Positions 24,802 to 26,957 of a stretch of DNA of 26,957 nucleotides are shown piece by piece. The translations under genes and the position numbers were made by a program. The stretch comes from Clostridia bacterium (GTDB lineage Bacteria; Bacillota; Clostridia; Christensenellales; CAG-917). The stretch's first letter is position 1, and each line of letters begins with the position of its first letter. The notes beneath the pieces are model-generated. The model saw nothing but the letters and a program-made list of their open reading frames with translations. It was not told the DNA's origin and searched no databases. The DNA lies in contig DATESK010000149.1 of the NCBI GenBank assembly GCA_035270865.1, positions 1 to 26,957 on the forward strand. The letters are read 5' to 3'.

Positions 24802-26469
24802 ATGAAAATGTCAGGAGCTAAGATTATAATAGAAACGCTTATTGAGCAGGGAACAGACACGATTTTTGGATATCCCGGCGGTACGGTATTGAATATTTAC
24901 GATGAAATTTATAAGGCAAGCGACCGCATTACTCATTATATTACTTGCCACGAACAGGGAGCTACTCACGCGGCGGACGGTTATGCAAGGGCAACCGGTA
25001 AAACAGGAGTTGTGATTGCAACTTCAGGCCCCGGGGCAACCAACCTTGTTACAGGAATAGCTTCGGCGTATCTTGATTCAACACCGCTACTTGCGATAAC
25101 AGGGAATGTGCCAAACGCATTGATTGGAAAGGACAGTTTCCAGGAAGTGGACATTTTGGGAATCACTATGCCGGTAACAAAGCACAACTTTATTGTAAAA
25201 AATGTGGAAAAACTTGCCGATACAATCCGAGAAGCACTCAAAATTGCAAACAGTGGAAGACCAGGGCCGGTGCTTATTGATGTTCCAAAGGATGTGCAGT
25301 TAGCGGAATGCGAATTTGAAAAGCAGGGAAAGGTTTGCCTTAATAAAAACAATACAAAGTGTTTAGATGATGAAAACCTGAAAAAAGCCTTGAAAATTAT
25401 TAGCGAAAGCAAAAGACCTTTTATTTACGCAGGCGGCGGAGTGGTGATTTCAAGCGCGAGCGAGGAGCTAACCAAATTTGCTGACTGCATTGATGCACCA
25501 ATAGGCACAAGTATGATGGGACTTAGCGGAGTTTCCGCGGACAATCCAAAATTTTTGGGAATGACGGGAATGCACGGCAAGTTTGCGGCAAGCAAGGCAA
25601 TGTCAAAGTGCGATTTGCTTATTGCAATAGGCACGAGATTCAGCGATAGGGCAACAGGGAATAAACGCGAATTTAGTAACGGCAGAAAGGTGTTGCATAT
25701 CGACATTGACCCCGCTGAAATCGGCAAAAATATTCCCGCGTATGTGTCACTTTTGGGCGATGTGAAGTGCGTACTTAACAGCCTTTTAAGAAAACTTCCC
25801 GATAGCGACAGAAAAGAATGGAAAAGTGAGCTTGAAGAAATAAAAAACAGCAAGGATTCCCACCTTGATATGAATCAAGATAAGTTGAATCCGCAAGCGA
25901 TAATCGAGGGCGTACAAAAATACGCCGATGCGGACACCGTTATTGCAACGGATGTCGGACAGCATCAAATGTGGACGGTGCAATACTATAAATTTATGAA
26001 GCCAAGAACTCTTATCACTTCGGGCGGATTGGGAACTATGGGCTTTGGAATGGGGGCAGCGATAGGTGCTGCGATAGGCGCGAAAAAAAGAGCGGTGCTG
26101 TTTACTAGTGATGGCAGTTTTCATATGAATATGAATGAAATGGCAACGGCTGTTTCAAATGAATTGCCGCTTATTGTGATTGTTATGAACAATCATGCGC
26201 TTGGTATGGTAAGACAATGGCAAACGCTGTTTTTTGAATCAAGATATTCAAATACTACACTAAACCGCAAGACTGATTTTGTCGCTCTTGCCAAAGCGTT
26301 TGGAGCAAATGCCAAAAGACTTACCGACCTTTGCGACCTTGACGAAACTTTGAAGTGGGCGTTTGAACAAAAAACGCCAGTACTCATTGATGCGTTTATC
26401 GACTCTGATGAAAAAGTGTTGCCGATGATTCCGCCAAACGGCACAATAAACGATATTATTTTAAGATAA
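24802..26469 (+). CDS. ilvB: Acetolactate synthase large subunit (555 aa)
   Basis: FGYPGG, HEQGATHAADGYAR, TSGPGATN, FQEVD, GRPGPVLIDVPKD, DVGQHQMW, SGGLGTMGFG, DGSF..MN, NN..LGMVRQWQ. Start set at ATG 24802 (AGGAG upstream). Confidence 0.96.
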   Translation: MKMSGAKIIIETLIEQGTDTIFGYPGGTVLNIYDEIYKASDRITHYITCHEQGATHAADGYARATGKTGVVIATSGPGATNLVTGIASAYLDSTPLLAITGNVPNALIGKDSFQEVDILGITMPVTKHNFIVKNVEKLADTIREALKIANSGRPGPVLIDVPKDVQLAECEFEKQGKVCLNKNNTKCLDDENLKKALKIISESKRPFIYAGGGVVISSASEELTKFADCIDAPIGTSMMGLSGVSADNPKFLGMTGMHGKFAASKAMSKCDLLIAIGTRFSDRATGNKREFSNGRKVLHIDIDPAEIGKNIPAYVSLLGDVKCVLNSLLRKLPDSDRKEWKSELEEIKNSKDSHLDMNQDKLNPQAIIEGVQKYADADTVIATDVGQHQMWTVQYYKFMKPRTLITSGGLGTMGFGMGAAIGAAIGAKKRAVLFTSDGSFHMNMNEMATAVSNELPLIVIVMNNHALGMVRQWQTLFFESRYSNTTLNRKTDFVALAKAFGANAKRLTDLCDLDETLKWAFEQKTPVLIDAFIDSDEKVLPMIPPNGTINDIILR

Positions 26470-26561
26470 CAATAAAGATGCCGCAACACTCTAAGCAGTT
26501 CAAACAACAAACAAATATCTAAAAATAAAAACAAAACAAAGTGTTATAAAGTGAGGTTGAA

Positions 26562-26957
26562 ATGGAAGAAAACATTATTCTATCAATGTTAGTGAAAAAC
26601 GAAGTTGGCGTACTAACGCGCGTGTCGGGCTTGTTTGCAAGAAGGGGCTTTAACATAGGCAGTTTGTCCGTAGGGGAAACAGAAGACAGCAAAATTTCAA
26701 GAATTACCATTGTAACGCAGGGCGACGAATACATTAAAGACCAAATAATAAAGCAGCTAGAAAAACTGCACGATGTCATTATTGTTGATGCCCTAGATGC
26801 CAAAAATATTGTTATGCGTGAACTGGTGCTAATCAAAGTCAATGTTGAATCGGGGAAAAGAAGCGAACTGCTTGAAGCGGCTTCAATTTTCAGAGCAAAG
26901 GTGATAGACCTTACCCCCGCATTTTTGACTTTAGAAATCACAGGCGAGAAAACCAAA
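26562..26957 (+). CDS. ilvN: Acetolactate synthase small (regulatory ACT) subunit, truncated by the window end
   Basis: Hand translation from ATG 26562 (GAGGT upstream): MEENIILSMLVKNEVGVLTRVSGLFARRGFNIGSLSVGETEDSKISRITIV..QIIKQLEKLHDV..RELVLIKV. Open to the end of the window. Confidence 0.95.
   Translation, partial: MEENIILSMLVKNEVGVLTRVSGLFARRGFNIGSLSVGETEDSKISRITIVTQGDEYIKDQIIKQLEKLHDVIIVDALDAKNIVMRELVLIKVNVESGKRSELLEAASIFRAKVIDLTPAFLTLEITGEKTK

Overview
AT-rich chromosomal DNA from a spore-forming Bacillota (Clostridia-like; inferred from the gerA-type operon, sporulation sigma-factor promoters, short HisG plus HisZ and Gram-positive-type gyrase). I found no mobile element, CRISPR array, rRNA or tRNA. 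Left to right: two co-oriented genes for predicted surface proteins with FN3-like modules, separated by four degenerate ~37-bp tandem repeats; gyrB-gyrA; a sporulation-flavoured block (Pro-rich repeat protein, gerAA-AB-AC-type germinant receptor, amidohydrolase, and an unannotated 58-aa protein that is 29% Cys behind a sigmaK-like promoter); a DEAD-box helicase with a long repetitive tail; hisZGDCBHAF(IE); and ilvB-ilvN (ilvN truncated by the window edge). The two strongest hidden elements are below the ORF-track length cutoff: the Cys-rich microprotein (13408-13584) and an Ile/Leu/Val-rich leader peptide with a complete 1:2 / 2:3 / 3:4 attenuator upstream of ilvB (24505-24675). All family and promoter calls are by eye; no database search was run.
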